From Podarcis tiliguerta (Eukaryota), in the NCBI GenBank assembly GCA_965153285.1, contig OZ229118.1: DNA of 64,000 nucleotides. One strand, written 5' to 3'. The position numbers and the translations under genes are program-made. The notes beneath the pieces are model-generated. The model was not told where the DNA came from. It did no database searches and saw nothing but the letters and a program-made list of their open reading frames with translations. Below, piece by piece: positions 32,901 through 48,064 of the stretch (its first letter is position 1; each line of letters opens with the position of its first letter).

Positions 32901-35900
32901 GAGAATAATATTAAGAAGAAAGAACATTAATTGATCCTAACAGGATGCTAAAGGTAGCATGCCAGCATCTACATGTAAAGACTAAAGCTATTTTTTTGCC
33001 TTCTGTGAATGCAACATCTGTTCCTTCTCCAAATCCCATGGAGCCATCAGACAGCCAGAGGTCCTTCTTTGACAACAGGAACATTTGGGTGTTTAGACTG
33101 AATTCAGCTGCTACCGGGTCACTGACCTATATAAAAAGAAAAAGAATCACTGTTTTGAAACTCAGCTATTAGTTTCTCAATTTCAGTTCTTTCTGATACT
33201 TGCTCAACATCAGCTTGCTTGCTTTTGCCCTTCAAATTTAAAACGGCTAATTATACTGTTTTAAATGTGTATTTTATATTTAACTTTCTTTAGTAATTTT
33301 TCTTTTGAAATCTTTAAGATATAGTATTTTAGTTTCCTGTCAATTATGTTGCTTTGGCTGTATACTTGAACTTGGTTGGTAATGTTTTGTTCTGGATTGT
33401 TTTGTCTGATGTGTTAATGTAGGCATAAGCCACTTTGAGATTTTTCTTCTTGAAAATATAAAGCGGTATAGAAATGAAAATAACAACAACCTCTTTGCAT
33501 AAGAGCAGAGCCTGTGCAACTAGACTGAATCCATTAACCCATTTATTAGAAGAAACATACTTTAATCAGAAATTTTTATTCAAAATATAGTGCAGAAGTC
33601 TTGAAGACAACCATACTGAGACCAGTGGTCCACCTAGACTTGTATTATCGATGCTGAACAGCAGTAGCTTCTGAAGACTCAGGCTAAGATCCTTCCCATC
33701 ACTTCCTTACTTGATTCCTTTAACTGGTGATTTGGGCATTGATTCTGGGGCCTTCTGCATATAAACCACTACTAATGAATTATGCCCCTTTTCTTCCCAT
33801 TCATTAGGCTCAGTATAGCTTTTAAATCTTGGCTGATCCCTCCCATCTTAATAGCACTTCCAGGAGAAGGATTTTGGGCCAAAAGCTCACAAACCACTAA
33901 AGGACTGTGCTAGTTTTGATGCTCAATGCAGCTGGTTAAAAATGAGACACCAAGGACCAGCAAGACGCCATCAGTGGTACAGTCCAAATCAGTTACTACA
34001 ATGCAGCTCTCTTGTGCTAGCTAGTAGCTCTTCACTGAAGTGCCCTCTCTTCTACTTCAAGAGTGGAAAGGGGCATGGAGCTGCTGCCCAAAGTGGTGGG
34101 CATGTCAAATGAGCTCTACTCTTTCCCTGTAACCATCCACAATCCTTCCCAGCCAAGTGATATGGAGAAGATACAGGGAAACATAACACACAGATAAGTG
34201 TGCCTAAATTATGGGGAGTGAGGAAAAATAACTTGGCACAGGGCTGTGATTTTCAAAGGCAGGCTGGACTCAAGTGGGACATCAAATTCCACACCCAAGT
34301 TTAGCACTACAGTCAATGGCAAAGAAGCTTGGTTGTATCCAATAGCGGCTTAGTGCAAGAACCATGGCAAAATGGGGTCTCTTGTCTGGTGCTTTGGCAA
34401 AGTCACCATTGGATACAGCCCACTTTAAACACCTGTAAATTTAAACATTAATTCTGCTCCCCACTCTTCACCCCAAGTTGGTGGATTTTTAAATATTCAG
34501 GATCAGCTCTTCTAAGTCAGTGGAAAATAAAAAAATACAGTATGTAAAACAACTTCCGACTCTACTACTGATGAGCTGCACAAGTAAACAATTTAGTTCA
34601 GTTTAATTGCCAAGGGAGTGTGCATGATGTGCCAGATAAATGCAGTCAAAATACTTTGTTGAGAGCATTAAACACAAGAGAGGTTTTACCTGCTGGAACC
34701 TGATATCTAGATCAAAGGTGATTGGCTCCCGGGGGCTACAAATGACAGGCTGGGTATACTCTTGGCTGGGTGCAGCAATACAGGGGATAAGTTTCACAGT
34801 GTAAGTACCCGAATAGTCACGTACCTACAATAAGGGGTGCAAGATCAGAATATGAAGTTTTTGTTTAAAAGTGCTTTAGTTTAATACACACACACACACA
34901 CACACACAACAGAAAGATACTACATTTGTCAATGGACTCTTTAGCATAATACTGCTTCACTTGGCTGTTTAAATTCATCTGTCTTGGGCATCTACTTTTT
35001 AAGAATCATGGTGGGTGCTTCTGAGCAGAGCAGCAGCTGTTTCTACTCAGCAGCTGACTCACTGATTCTGACACCCACATCACGCAACTCTTGTTTTCCT
35101 ACAATCCTAAAGTGCAACCCCACTGAACTCGATGTACTTCTGAGCAAACATGTTTAGGGCTGGATATGCTTAGGATTCAAGAAAGGGCTTAAAAGATTGG
35201 TATTCATTTCTGTCTGGATGCAGAGCTGACAGGTATTTTATATTTTAATTAAGGTGAAACCATTATTATGGCTTTCCTTCTAGCAGTAAGAATCACAGGT
35301 GACTGAAGTTCTCATTCGAAACCAATGTTTCGAATATAAATCTTCCACGATCTCATCATTTATTTGCATTTCGCTTTTCTCCCCCAAAAGGAAGCCCAAA
35401 GTAGCTTGCAACATAAAAAACCCCAAATACATACAAAGCAAAGGGCCCCATACCCCAAAAATCTGAAAATATAAGAACTACAATAAGTCTATATGATAAA
35501 CTTTAAATTCAATACTTAAGAAAACACCAGTTCAGTTAATAAAGAATAAAAAGAACGGATGGGTTTTTTTGGGAATTGAGAAAATTTTACATTTAAGATT
35601 CCAAGAGGCACTATGTGAATTGGGCATAACTTTCTCCATAGTTTGTGCCCAGCAGGGGACACTGCAATGGTGTTGAATTTGGAGGAGTGATGCCCATACA
35701 TGTAATTAGACATGAAGCTTGCTGGGTAGCAAAATGCTGGACAAAATACACATATGTGTTGGTTTTGGAGAACACACAATCTATCAGCTTAACCAATCAT
35801 AGAGCTGTAAGAACAATATATTATGTAATAGCCACAAGCCTCCCCGCCCCCCTTGAAAGTTATTACAGAAAACTGCATTGTTGGCACTCACAGCAAAATC

Positions 35901-38900
35901 TGAGACAAATTTCCATTGCTGCATAGGCTGGTGGAAGGTTTGTTCACTTTGAGAAAGGCTGAGTGTAAATGTGAGGCCAGGGTGATCAGCAGACATCACC
36001 ATTGATGACAAAGAAGTACCTGTCAAGGAAAAGGACACGTTTTTATGATGGAATGAATGTTGCCATCAAGGCCACAGTGGCACACAAGGGCTCCTTATGG
36101 TCCCTGAAAAGAAATATTTCACTTCTCTTTGATCACAAAAAAGCAAAACAAAATCTCCACCAAAAAGAATAAGGAGAATTATTAAGATTTATTGCGTACC
36201 TAAGGTATAAAGCAAAAAGCTAATCTTACCTGGGTGGGACATCACAAATTGCCCTCTGAATCGAATCTCAGTCCTGAAGTAGACGACAAGCCGCCCTTCA
36301 TCATTGATCTGCATGCTGGTTGGGTAGAGGGAGCCTAAATTCAAACAACCATTACCATTACTATATACAAAAAGGTATTAAAGCTTTGTCACTTGTAGCA
36401 TTTGAGAATATCAGATGCTACGTACATCCCGGTTTACTGTGATTTTCAGATTGTTTGATTTCAGTGGAATAACTCTATTTGTAAACATGCGGTACCAATC
36501 TCCTCTGGGCAAAATTTTCCTGTTTCCCCGCCAAAAGAATATACTGGTACAATTTCTGGAGGCGCACACAGAGAGTGTTGAAGGTGATGAATAAATTATT
36601 TGTAATAATAATAAAAAGTAAAATGTACTCAACATTGTAAACCCAGGGGCAGGGGCTGCTATTATTGGTCTTTGTGAGCCATTCTGGAAACCCTATTTCA
36701 GCTGAAAAGTAGATAAAAATGCTTCAACTAAATAAGAACTGAACAAAATCACCTTGGAGCTCAGCTTCTGGTGGGCTTCCTATGCCGTCCTTCCAAAGAA
36801 TGGCAGTATCATACACAAAGGTGAGCTTGAGCTCAGACTGCAAGTCAAAGTGCTGCCATCCTCCAACAGCAGCCGGGGAATGGAAGACGTAGGAGACATA
36901 CAGGGGCACTCGCAGAGTCACATACGACTGGACCAGATTTAACACCTGCAAAACACCATAGTATTTGGTTATGCTATGTTCAGATTGCATCCTGAGAAGT
37001 CAATTTCACAACCATTCTGGGAATGGTATTAAGTCTCATCCTCATTCCATCCTGAGTTGCTGAGTCTGACAGATGTTCTGAGTGTGTGTATGTACATGTT
37101 GGCTCCTGAACAAACTTCACTGGCTTTGATTAGAAATCCACTTTGATGATTTATGAATGAATTGCAGCTTGTGTTGAAGTGTGAGAGAACGAAGCACGGA
37201 TCAAATCCAAGCCGGCAGGCAGACAGGCAAACACTCTTGCTGGCTTCTGAGATGCAACCCTGGCAAAGAACACAAACACCCTGGAATTGACTTGACAGTC
37301 ATCCCAAAGTGTAATCTGGAGTTACAGCTAAGTCCCTATTATAGGATTAAGTTGATACTAACAGTCTCACAATCATTTGTGACCTCCAGTGCATTCCGGT
37401 CCAACTTTCTGGAAGTGAATGGGTAATGATTAAGCTCTTGTTCAGTGAAATGGTCATTTAAAGAAACAACAATGCAGATAGTTTGGGGAAGTTAAAACTG
37501 AAGCTTGCTTCCCATTTCCCCTTTACTTAACTTTCAGCACTGATAACAAATCACATGGCAGTTAAGAAATGGGCCAGTCAAAAGTCCAGACATTAATAAA
37601 CACATGCTGTGACTTGCTCAGAATCCAAACAATAAGAAACACTCAAAAATGAAAGCAGTCCCTCAGCCTTTGATCAAAATTAAAATGCAACTCAAATCTT
37701 TACTGACTTGCCCTATCGATTATGCTGGATCCCCAACTTCTATCATCCCATGGGAGTTGGAGTCCAATAACATCTGGGCAGCCACAGATTTCCCAACCTT
37801 GATATGGCAAGTAAATGATCCTAATTTTATTTCAATTATCATCAACAAAAAATTCAAGATGCTCTTGTCTAGCCCATTATGCCATGTATATATATACATG
37901 CTTACTGCATGCACAATGGTGTTAAGAGCGGTGACTCCTGACAGGTGGAAGACATCTTTAAGCCTCCATGGACCAACAGGCCAGGGTTCCCACCTGCATG
38001 ACTGTTTCAACCAAGTTTTACTCAGAGTAAACCTAACTGAGCCAGGTCCATTCATTTCAAAAGGTGCACTCTGAGTAAAATTTAGTTGAAATAATACTAC
38101 TGCTGCTGCTTTTAATGACTGAACAGTTATTTTCTTTTATTGTTATGTTTTTCTTCTTGTTGTGCTATGACTACTATAAATAAAATAATGAATGAATAAA
38201 TAATGTTAACCCATTCACTACAATGTCATATTTCATCTTCCTTGAACTTGCAAGATAAAATCCCACGTTGCAGTGATACACTTACTGCTATGAATGTGCT
38301 GTCAACACAGGCATCTTTTACTTGTGTGTAAGCAGCACATAAGAGATGCGGGTGGCGCTGTGGGTTAAACCACAGAGCCTAAGACCTGCCGATCGGAAGG
38401 TCGGTGATTCGAATCCCCGTGACAGGGTGAGCTCCCGTTGCTCGGTCCCTGCACCTGCCAACCTAGCAGTTCGAAAGCATGTGCAAGTAGATAAATAGGT
38501 ACCGCTCCGGCGGGAAGGTAAACGGCGTTTCCGTGCACTGCTCTGGTTCGCCAGAAGCGGCTTAGTTATGCTGGCCACATGACCTGGAAGTTGTACGCCG
38601 GCTCCCTCGGCCAATAAAGTGAGATGAGCGCCGCAACCCCAGAGTCGGCCACAACTAATGGTCAGGGGTCCTTTTACCCTTTACCTTTTAAGCAGCACAT
38701 AAATGGAAATCTTTGCTTCTCTCTCTGAAAGTGGCTCCACATGTATTTCATGGCAAAGGGGCTTTTGAAATCCAAGGGACAAGGGCTTATCATGTGGTGA
38801 AAAGGTTTATGTCCTTCACACAAAAATCCAATGTACACATGCAACTTCTAGTGCCACACAGTTTAAAAGATGATCATGTATGCTCACTAATGAGCATCAT

Positions 38901-41900
38901 GTTATGGTCCTACTGATTAACTTAATTGCATATGAAATAGAATGTGCCTGCCTCTGAGTTTGGGAATCCTTTGTGAAAGTCCAAGCCTTGTTGCTAGGCA
39001 GCTTCAAGCTACAAGATCCTAAACCCTTGTGTGTGTTCTCTAGAGGTGCTGCTAGAGGAGGGAGGCTGAGTTAATGAGCAGAGTCCAGATGGGGGTGGCT
39101 GGGCAGAGGTGACTAACAGGGGAGCATATGCATTTGGAAACAACCAACAGCTGAACTACATACAGAACTATTTTGCTACAACTGTCATGAATTTTAAAGA
39201 AGGGGCAGGGAAACCACTAGAAACCTTTGTGTGTAGTATGAGCCAACATGACCGCACAAGTGAGTTTTTGACACTCTTCATTTTGCTTTGCTTACAGTTT
39301 TACAATAATAGTTGGTTTCAATACAAGATGCTGAGTTACCCGTCAGCTTTTACTAATCAAGGGAATGTTGTAAAGATTTAAGTTGGGAATAAGTCAGATT
39401 AAAGATAGATGAGATCAATCATTCATTAGTTTTCACATGTGGGCTCTCTAGAAGACTGTGTCTGTATTAGTGCAAATCAGTATATCATTCCCTTCTAAGG
39501 AGCACACTGTGTGCCAGACCTCACTCTTGCCTGCCCAGCAAGTGACTGCGATGTTCATGTCACTGCAGTGCTGTTTATGCAGTGAGCTCCCATGCCACAT
39601 CCATCTTGGTTACTGAGGTGAGCAGTGTTCATCATAAATCAAATAGTGTTTCTAATGAGGTCATGCATAGTATTTGACAGTCACTGCACATGACTGCCAT
39701 GCTACTTGTGGCAGTTTCTTGGAGCCCAGCAAATGGGAATGTTAAGACTTGTATGGAAAAAGCAAAACCTACATTTAGCCACTATTCCTGTAAAGGAGGT
39801 CTGTGATAATTGGTAAATCAGGGAGGGGCTGTAGCTCAGTGGCCATGCACATTATCTGCATGCAAAAATCCCAGAAAGCTTCAACTTTCAGCATCTCCAT
39901 TCAGGACTGATTCCAGAAGGTGGCAAAGTCAGGCATTTGCCTGGGCCCCAAGACCAGCAAAGGGCCTACAGTGGCAACATTTCAAGAGAACACAAATAGT
40001 CAAGAAGATCAGAAGTAACGTAAGAGAACTCTCAGCTTGCATTAACTCCTTTTACTAACTTAACTGCCCACCTCCGCCTCAGCCCCCAGTAAATAAATCC
40101 TGGACCTGTCTCTGTCTCCAGATTTCAAATATTTTAGCTAGAGGAGTCGGAAAAGATCTCCATATGATGCACCAGAATGCTGCAGCTAGTAAGAGATGGA
40201 TGGGCCAATGATGAACTCAATATAAGTTAGCTTCATGTGTTCATAGCAGGCTCTGTTCTGGATAAATGAGAACGAAACCTGTTTGGCATAAGAGGGCACA
40301 GCTGGCACAGGTGCAAGCTGAAAAAAGAAAACCAGACCAGCTACCACAAGCAGGTAGCTGTTTGTACCAGTTTTCAGCCAGGCTGTCATGTTGTACCTAA
40401 TCTGAAGGTACCGTAACAAGTATATGCACTCAATAAGTGTGCCTGTACAGCCAGGATCAGAGTTAAGTGCTAAAGGCAATTCAGATTTAGCAAGCTCTGT
40501 ATTAACCTGGGTGGGTTCCAGCAATCACACTGACTTGTGGCTAACAGTAGAGAGTGGTTTAATAGGACAGATGAACAAGGAAGCTTGCAGCCACCAACGG
40601 AGTGGCATGGAAGTACAAGGTTCAAAATGTAACACCTTAGGCTTCTGTGTTTGCCAGGGAAGAGCAGGCCAGAGTAGCAGCAGGGGCTGCTGGGAATTAC
40701 AGACACAAGACTCCATAATCTCATTACAATGCAAATTAAAATAAAATTACTCCATTAGTCTCTGTAAAGTTACACTAAGAAGAGTGAAACTCGAACAGAA
40801 TGAAATAAAAGAAATTGTAGGGAACAGAAAGCCCCTCACTTTTACAAAATGTTTCTAAATATTCATGGTGTGTTAAAAGGATTTGCTCCCAAAGCTCCTC
40901 TGAAATCTTGGCGTGGATCATTATGAGCTTGGCACCATCCTCCACTTTCACCCAAACTGACCTGGCAGTGGAGATGCCAAATACCGGCACCAGGGGGCTG
41001 CATTATACCTGACATAGCTGTGCTCCAGAAACCAGATTCCTTGGGAAATGTAGTTTCTTAGGGCAAGAAGCCTTGATTTTCAATCTTGTGCAGCCCCATC
41101 CCCCTGACCATTTCAGTGTGCCACAGAGATGTCTTAAGAAATCCTCAATGACGACATTTTGCCAAGCAAATTAATTTCTGATGGTAGAGTCACTATTTGG
41201 TGTTTAAACTCAACCTGTTCTAAGATATGGACCATTAATAACAACACGGGTAGTACTGGAAATGCATCAAGTATTGCACAGAAAAGCAAAACACAAGAAA
41301 GGAAACTAAATCCCACTTCCACAAACCCGTTAAGTACAGTCATGGAGCAGATGCCAACACACCCTTCAGCTGCCATATAAAACTCAATTATCGCCCCATG
41401 GCTTCCATAGAGACGTGCTCAGTGGCAGAGCCCGCCCATTTGAATGAGTCAGGCAGTGAGGGATGTAAAAGACCTCACCCACAATAGCCACCACCATTCG
41501 GAGTAGATAAATGGACAAATAAGGCTAGATAGGTGAATAGTTTGTCTTTGTATAAAGGCAGCTTCCCAAGTTCCCATGCCACAAACTCAAGTGCATGCAA
41601 CTGGGCATAATGCTAGCATTTTCTTTTCAGTTACACAGGCTTGCTTTTCATGCACGCAGCATACCTGACCATCTGTGCCAATGGAGCCACTGCAGTCGGT
41701 CAGCAGTTCTGACATGTCATAGTAGCTGTTAAACTCCCACAGGCAGGCCTCCAGATTGAGGTTACGGTAGAAACGCAAGGTCTTGGCAGATCGCACAGCG
41801 CTGCTGTACTGGTAGGGTGAAGTTTCTCCAATCACTTCTGGGTTCTTGGTGTCCTCTGTGATGAATCCGTAAGTTGTCTCAATTTCGTTATAATCCAAGA

Positions 41901-44900
41901 GGTTTGAGCACTTGTGATTGCCTACACGAGTGCCATCAGGGCTAAGAGTCAGCTCAAAGTTGGACAAAGGTCTAGTTGATATAACTGGCAGCATCCCTGA
42001 AAATAGAAGAACATGCAAGAAGAGCCATATAAAGCAACCTGTTTTGCACAGTGGACAACCATGAGAATTCCACAGGCAAGGACAAAGCTGTCTCCCGTTC
42101 TTCCCTAACAACTGGTACATTCAGGGGCAGGATAGCATCACAACTAGCACCAATGGTAGCCTTATCTCAATGATTTTTAAACCCATTTAAGTTGGTGGTC
42201 ACCATCCCATCTTGAGATGGTGAATCCAGGTGTTCAACTATGAATCACCAGTCATGTGATTGTGATGACAGATAGTGCTGCACCAGTTGTTGTTCAGTAT
42301 TAATCAAATGCACGTGTCTGCTACTTACCATCCATATGAGGCATTGTAACTGTTAATTTGATCAGGTTGGAATAGTCAGGATCATCAGGACCTGTGTAAC
42401 GTATTCTGGCTGAGAAAGGTTCTGCTCCGACCGTTCCTGGTATACGGGGCTGACACAAGCCTACGTGGAAAAGGGCAAAAGGTTGATTAAAAACAAAGTG
42501 AGAGCAATTCAGCTTTGCCTTTCCTTGGAAGAACCAAATTTAAAAATGCTGATACTTTAAAAACTCATGTAATCTTATGGTTGACATAATATACTCTTGA
42601 TCTGATTGATCTCTTGATCTGTGCCAACACTACTGGGCACAGCCCCAGTTTACTTGAGTAGCAGCAGGGCCACTTTTTCTTCCATGCAGCACCACCCCCA
42701 ATTCAAGAGGACAGGAACCAGTGTGGGATGAAGCTGTCCTCTACCTCCACGGGAAAGACAGAAGCTATACTATGCCTCACAGAAGCCAATCCCATTTGGG
42801 ATTGGCGCCATCTTGGTCTCTCATTCACAGGAACTGCTGTACGGACTGAGATTGCCCTTTTATTTCACTTCCTGATGATGAAACTAAGTTATATTGGGCC
42901 TGTGCCTGCTCCCCACCTACCCACAGGTATGATCCATATACTCATCCATATAGGATTAGAACGTCCAGTTCCAGCAGGTTGCAGAGCAGGCATGTGAGAG
43001 CAGAGCTCTTTGCTTTGATTATGGAACTTGCCTACTTTACAGTTTCAGCTGCAAGATGTAAGGAAACTCTTGGTGGAAGTGCAAAATATGATAACAGGAC
43101 AAAATACATGATGGGCTACAACCAAGGTTTGCCCTCTGGTTTACAGCCTGTAGTTCAGCAGGGAAAATGAAACATGAGCCAGGGGTTGGATGACATGCTC
43201 AGTCAAACCATGGCTTGGCTCAGCACATCGGCAAAACGGCCATAACATCCCTGTGTGCAAAGTCACTGATTTCCATAGCCTTTCCACCCATTTCATTAAG
43301 GTGAAAGCACTATAGGAAGTAGGCATATACTATACAACTTTGCAGAGGATGAGAACCTCAGGACTGGATCTGAATGTGGCCCTCCAAGCTTCTCTATCTG
43401 GCCCCCAAACTTTCCCCATGATAGACCCCCCTCCCCAACCACATCCCCTACACCCCGTGCTTCACATCCGCTGTGCGTGTCCTTGAACTATGAAAAAGCC
43501 CTTTGAAACAAACATTTATTTCAGCTTCCCAAAAGCCACTTGATTTTATTTCATTCATGGAAACTTTCCGCTTCCTTACCTTCTCCTCTGTTTATTGTGT
43601 AAATTGGGCTCAGTAATTCCAAACCCACATCTCCATTGGCATTGACGGCACGTGCTGCACACTGGACCCTCGAACCAGCCTGGAAATATATGGAGTCCAA
43701 GGCAATGGACTTGGTGTTGGTGAAGAAAGTGTTGGAGTCCACTTCTCGCATGGGACTGGTAACCCCATCACTGCCACTTGGAGCGCTGACAAGCCAGCGA
43801 TACAAGGTCAACGTGTCATTGATGTTTTCAGCAGCACAAATAGATCCAGTCTTGTCATAATCTGAATATTTGGGGTTGCATGCCTGAAGTTAATAGAAAC
43901 ATACAATGAAACCATTGAGTTATATCTAAACTTGCTCTAGGAAAGTAAATAATTCAGATCAAATTCTAAGTAAATTGTATTTTTCATGTTGCATTAGTAT
44001 TTAACGAGTTCATTTTTTTTCTTGCTACTGGTTTCATCACCATAGATGCTGCATGTTAGTTTCATAATAATTGAGGAATTGAATCTTAATGTATGTGGCA
44101 TATAAAATTAACAATCTGATACTGTGGAAAGCCTTCAGTTTATCACAGCTCAGATGCCTCCCAGGTGCTTGGAAGGAAAAGAAAGGTGTATCATATAATA
44201 TATGTAAATCATACCATGCATTAGCTAAAGTTAGAAAAAAGGCAGGAACTGAAGTTCATTTCTTCTTGTGCTTTCATCCAATTGTGAGCCAGGGCTTGAA
44301 AAGTTTAATAAAAGTTTAAACTGGCCTCAGTTTCCCAAAACAGAAAAGTAAGAACCTGGATAGGATACAACCTCAATACCATTCAATGAGCCGTCCATAG
44401 AGGTTGTATCTTCATTTTGCATGCCCGTGAGATGAGTCACTTTTACTCCCATTTCACAGATAGGGAACTGAGGTAAAGAGATACTATCTCAGTTCCCTAT
44501 CTGTGAAATGGGAGTAAAAGTGACTCATCTCACGGGCATGCAAAATGAAGATCATAATATGCTCTGAAAACTAAAACGCTAAAACTAAAACTGCTATAAA
44601 ACGCCAAATATCAGTTCTCGAGAAATGAGGTGTGTAATTCTAAGTACTGAAATTGAATGCATGTCTTAAGCCTCCAGGAGAGCTAAGAATCACAGTCATA
44701 GAACTGTAGAGTTGGAAGGGATCCCGAGTGCCATCTAGTCCAACCCCCTGCAATGCAGGAATCTCAACTGAAGCATCCATGACAGATGGCCACCCAACCT
44801 CTGCTTAAAAACCTCCAAGGAAGGAGAGGCCACCACTTCCCAAGGGGGTCCGTGCCACTGTTTTACACATCCAGAAAGCCTTCACGTCCCAGCTAGTAGC

Positions 44901-46900
44901 AATCTTTAGAAAATATAATCTGGAGAAGAACTAGTAGAGCGGAGCATACCGTTACACACACAACAGGGTAGCCAGTTGGAGGCTGGGGGTTTCCTTTGCT
45001 TTTAGCAGTGTCGTCATACAGCAAGAGAGAGACAACCTGGGGCACAGCTGGGAAAGTCACATCTGCCACACTGTCCATTTCTTCAATGTACACAATAGCT
45101 TTGTTCATCTGAAAGGAAAGGCAGAAAAGAAGGTTCCATCTGCAAGCATGCTGCTTCTACTGTAAACGTTTATACTGCAACCTTTGCAAGATGGAGCAGA
45201 AAAGATCCTTTCCACTGGAGTAAGGAAACATTTGGATCCATCCTATGTCTGTTACAAGATATCTTTTTTTAAAATGCACTAAGCTAACTCATACAGGATA
45301 CAATTTCCAAAACTTTTAATAAAAGCAAACAAACAGCCAGATGACATCAGATGGCTGTTTGTATGTGAAATAAGTTCTGCCACGAAACAGATAATGTTTG
45401 AGCACAGATTACACACATAATAAAAATAAGTATTTTTCATTGAGGGTTCAACTAGGTACGATTAGATTGTATTTGAACACATTTCTCAAATAGCACCTAG
45501 GGGGGATGGTTTTAAATCAGGTAAAAGGGAGAAGGATGAAACTTCCTTCAGTGTCACAGTTCTGTCTAGATTTGAGGTCCTGCGTATCTGATACCAAAGG
45601 TTTTTTTTAAAAAAAGCAGATGACCCGATCCTAGGCTTCCAGTCTAGTTTAGTCCTCAAAATTGGCATCTAAGGAGGTCAAAGAACAGCGACACTTTTAT
45701 TTGTTGCCGTTTCTGAATCATCATGATCAAAAGCAATTGTGTCCACAACTAACCAAAAATGACCTAGTTCTTACCTGTGTCTCGGCTACCATATTCTCAT
45801 CTGGTTTCAAGTGCACTGTGAATGCTTCACGCATTTCTCTCACTCCATCATACAAAACTTCAACCTCAACAAAGTGCTCTGTTTCTCCTTCTTTGAATTC
45901 AATATCTGAAATGAAGATATATTATAGAAAGAACTAAACTTTCCCTCTCCAGTCATCAGCACAGTTAGGCTAGGTTCCGAAATGCAACAGTCTTGGCTCC
46001 TCACAAACCGTGTCAAACTCATGTTGGGCAGCTGGCTGGCAGAAAACCAACTGCTAAAAACCAAGCAAAATACTAGTACAAATAGACTAGGGGTGCTCAT
46101 TATTGTCAATGGAGGTTAGCAGTGGCTGAAGGCACCCTTTCTCAGTTTTGGCTGTTGTTCCAGATTCTGGACAGGGATCAGATGACCACAGGGATCCATG
46201 CACTGGTAACCTAAGGATTGGACTGTTGTAATACACACTATGTAGGGCTGCCCTTAAGGCTGGTCTGGAAGCTTTAGCTCAAGGGTAGGCAAACCAAGGC
46301 CCAGGGGCCGGATCTGGCCCAATCGCCTTCTAAATCTAGCCTGCGGACAGTCCGGGAATCAGCATGTTTTTATATGAGTAGAATGTATCCTTTTATTTAA
46401 AATGCCCCTCTGGGTTATTTGTGGGGCATAGGAATTCATTCATTTTATTTTTTTTTCAAAATATAGTCCGGCCCCCCACAAGGTCTGAGGGACAGTGGAT
46501 TGGCCCCCTGCTGAACAAGTTTGCTGACCCCTGCTTTAGCTTGCAGCAGTTGGGTTGCTAACAGGAGCAGCCTACTCTGATTATGAAACATCTCTGCTAA
46601 ATAAGCAGCACTAGATGCCAATTTGCTACTAAGTCAAGCTGAAGTGTCTGTTGCTGACTTAAAAAAACACTTAACAATCTGGTCAGTGGAGGAAATACCT
46701 GCAGCCATAGCTACTGAAATTCTCAGGGCGATGCCCTCTTGGTTGTACCACAGCCTGTGGAACTACCTCTGGTGGTGACCAACGGAAGAGAAGGCCTTAG
46801 CTGTTGTGCACTCAGCTGTATTTTAATTTGCATTCAACTGAGCTAATTTATAATGTGTTTTTACTGGTTTAAAATTATAATCTGCATTCATATGAAAGGT

Positions 46901-46939
<39 letters not shown>

Positions 46940-48027
46940 GTAAATAACATTTACTGTAATTTTTCTAAGATTCAGAGGAAAGTCTCACCGTCAGACATTG
47001 GATTATAGTCTTCTCCAGAGGTAGCTGAACCATCTTTAGTATGGATTCTCACAATGGAAACTTTGGAGCTGTCCCCCACACGCAAGACTGGAATCTTTAC
47101 AACTGCAATCTCCCCAGGTTCTTGAGGTTCTTGAATGCTGTATTTGATTTCGGAGAACTTAATCACTGGTTCTGCAAGAGAACTGAAAAACATCACTCTC
47201 TCCTATTTAATAATGTTATTTATACATAGGCAGAATTGTCTGAAGGACACATGCAGGATTGTATCCTTAGTGCTTATAGGGTGTCTCTGGTGATGAACAA
47301 CAAAAAATGTGCACACAAACCCATCAAACCACACCAGGAAAAGCAAAGAAAAGCAATGAGCTGTCTGTCAGGACAGCAACAAAGAACACGGAAATAAAAT
47401 TAATTCACCTATACATCCTGCACCCCCTTTTCTTGTTTTATCTTGTTTCAGCTATTGGATTAAGCTTTCTTTACATTTTAAAATCACCAATATTCACTTG
47501 GGGGAGTGTATGGGTATGGTTTTTTAGTAATATGATATTTTTTCAACAAAAATTGATTGTACTGCTGGGAACAATGCTATTTTTACACAAGCAATTAAAA
47601 AAACAACTGCGCTTGAATGCAGGACATATGAGAAAATAAACGGATGCTTTGTTCCATTTAATCCCACACCTTTGATCTGACAATGTGTAATGAGTACAAA
47701 GTGGCTCATAAACTCACTGTCTTCTTCATCTTTAATCTTCACCAGAGTTTCTTTTTGTTCCCCAACGGAGGCACCAAATGTTGAAGTGCTTTTAGGTGTT
47801 CCAAGCACCAGTCTGAACTCTTCCTCCTCTTCATAGATGGCATCATCTTCAAGGACCACCACACACGGCTTCTCAATCTCTCCTGCAGGAGGCAAAACAC
47901 CAGGTTAGTTGACATAAATATTTTGGGTAGCTCCTACAATCTAACTCCACTTTCCAAATTAAATATATGCTGGATTGTCTCCAATGTTGTGCAAGAAAAA
48001 GTCATTATCTCCCCCTCTTCTGATGCT

Positions 48028-48064
<37 letters not shown>

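Noticed and set aside
37649-38074. 141-aa (+) and 111-aa (-) overlapping intronic ORFs
   Set aside because: No recognisable motifs, and the flanking FREM3 exons already join in frame without them
38343-38430. tRNA gene
   Set aside because: The A/B boxes belong to a Sauria SINE head. The same reasoning applies to the SINE heads near 7808, 21640-21706 and 39822.
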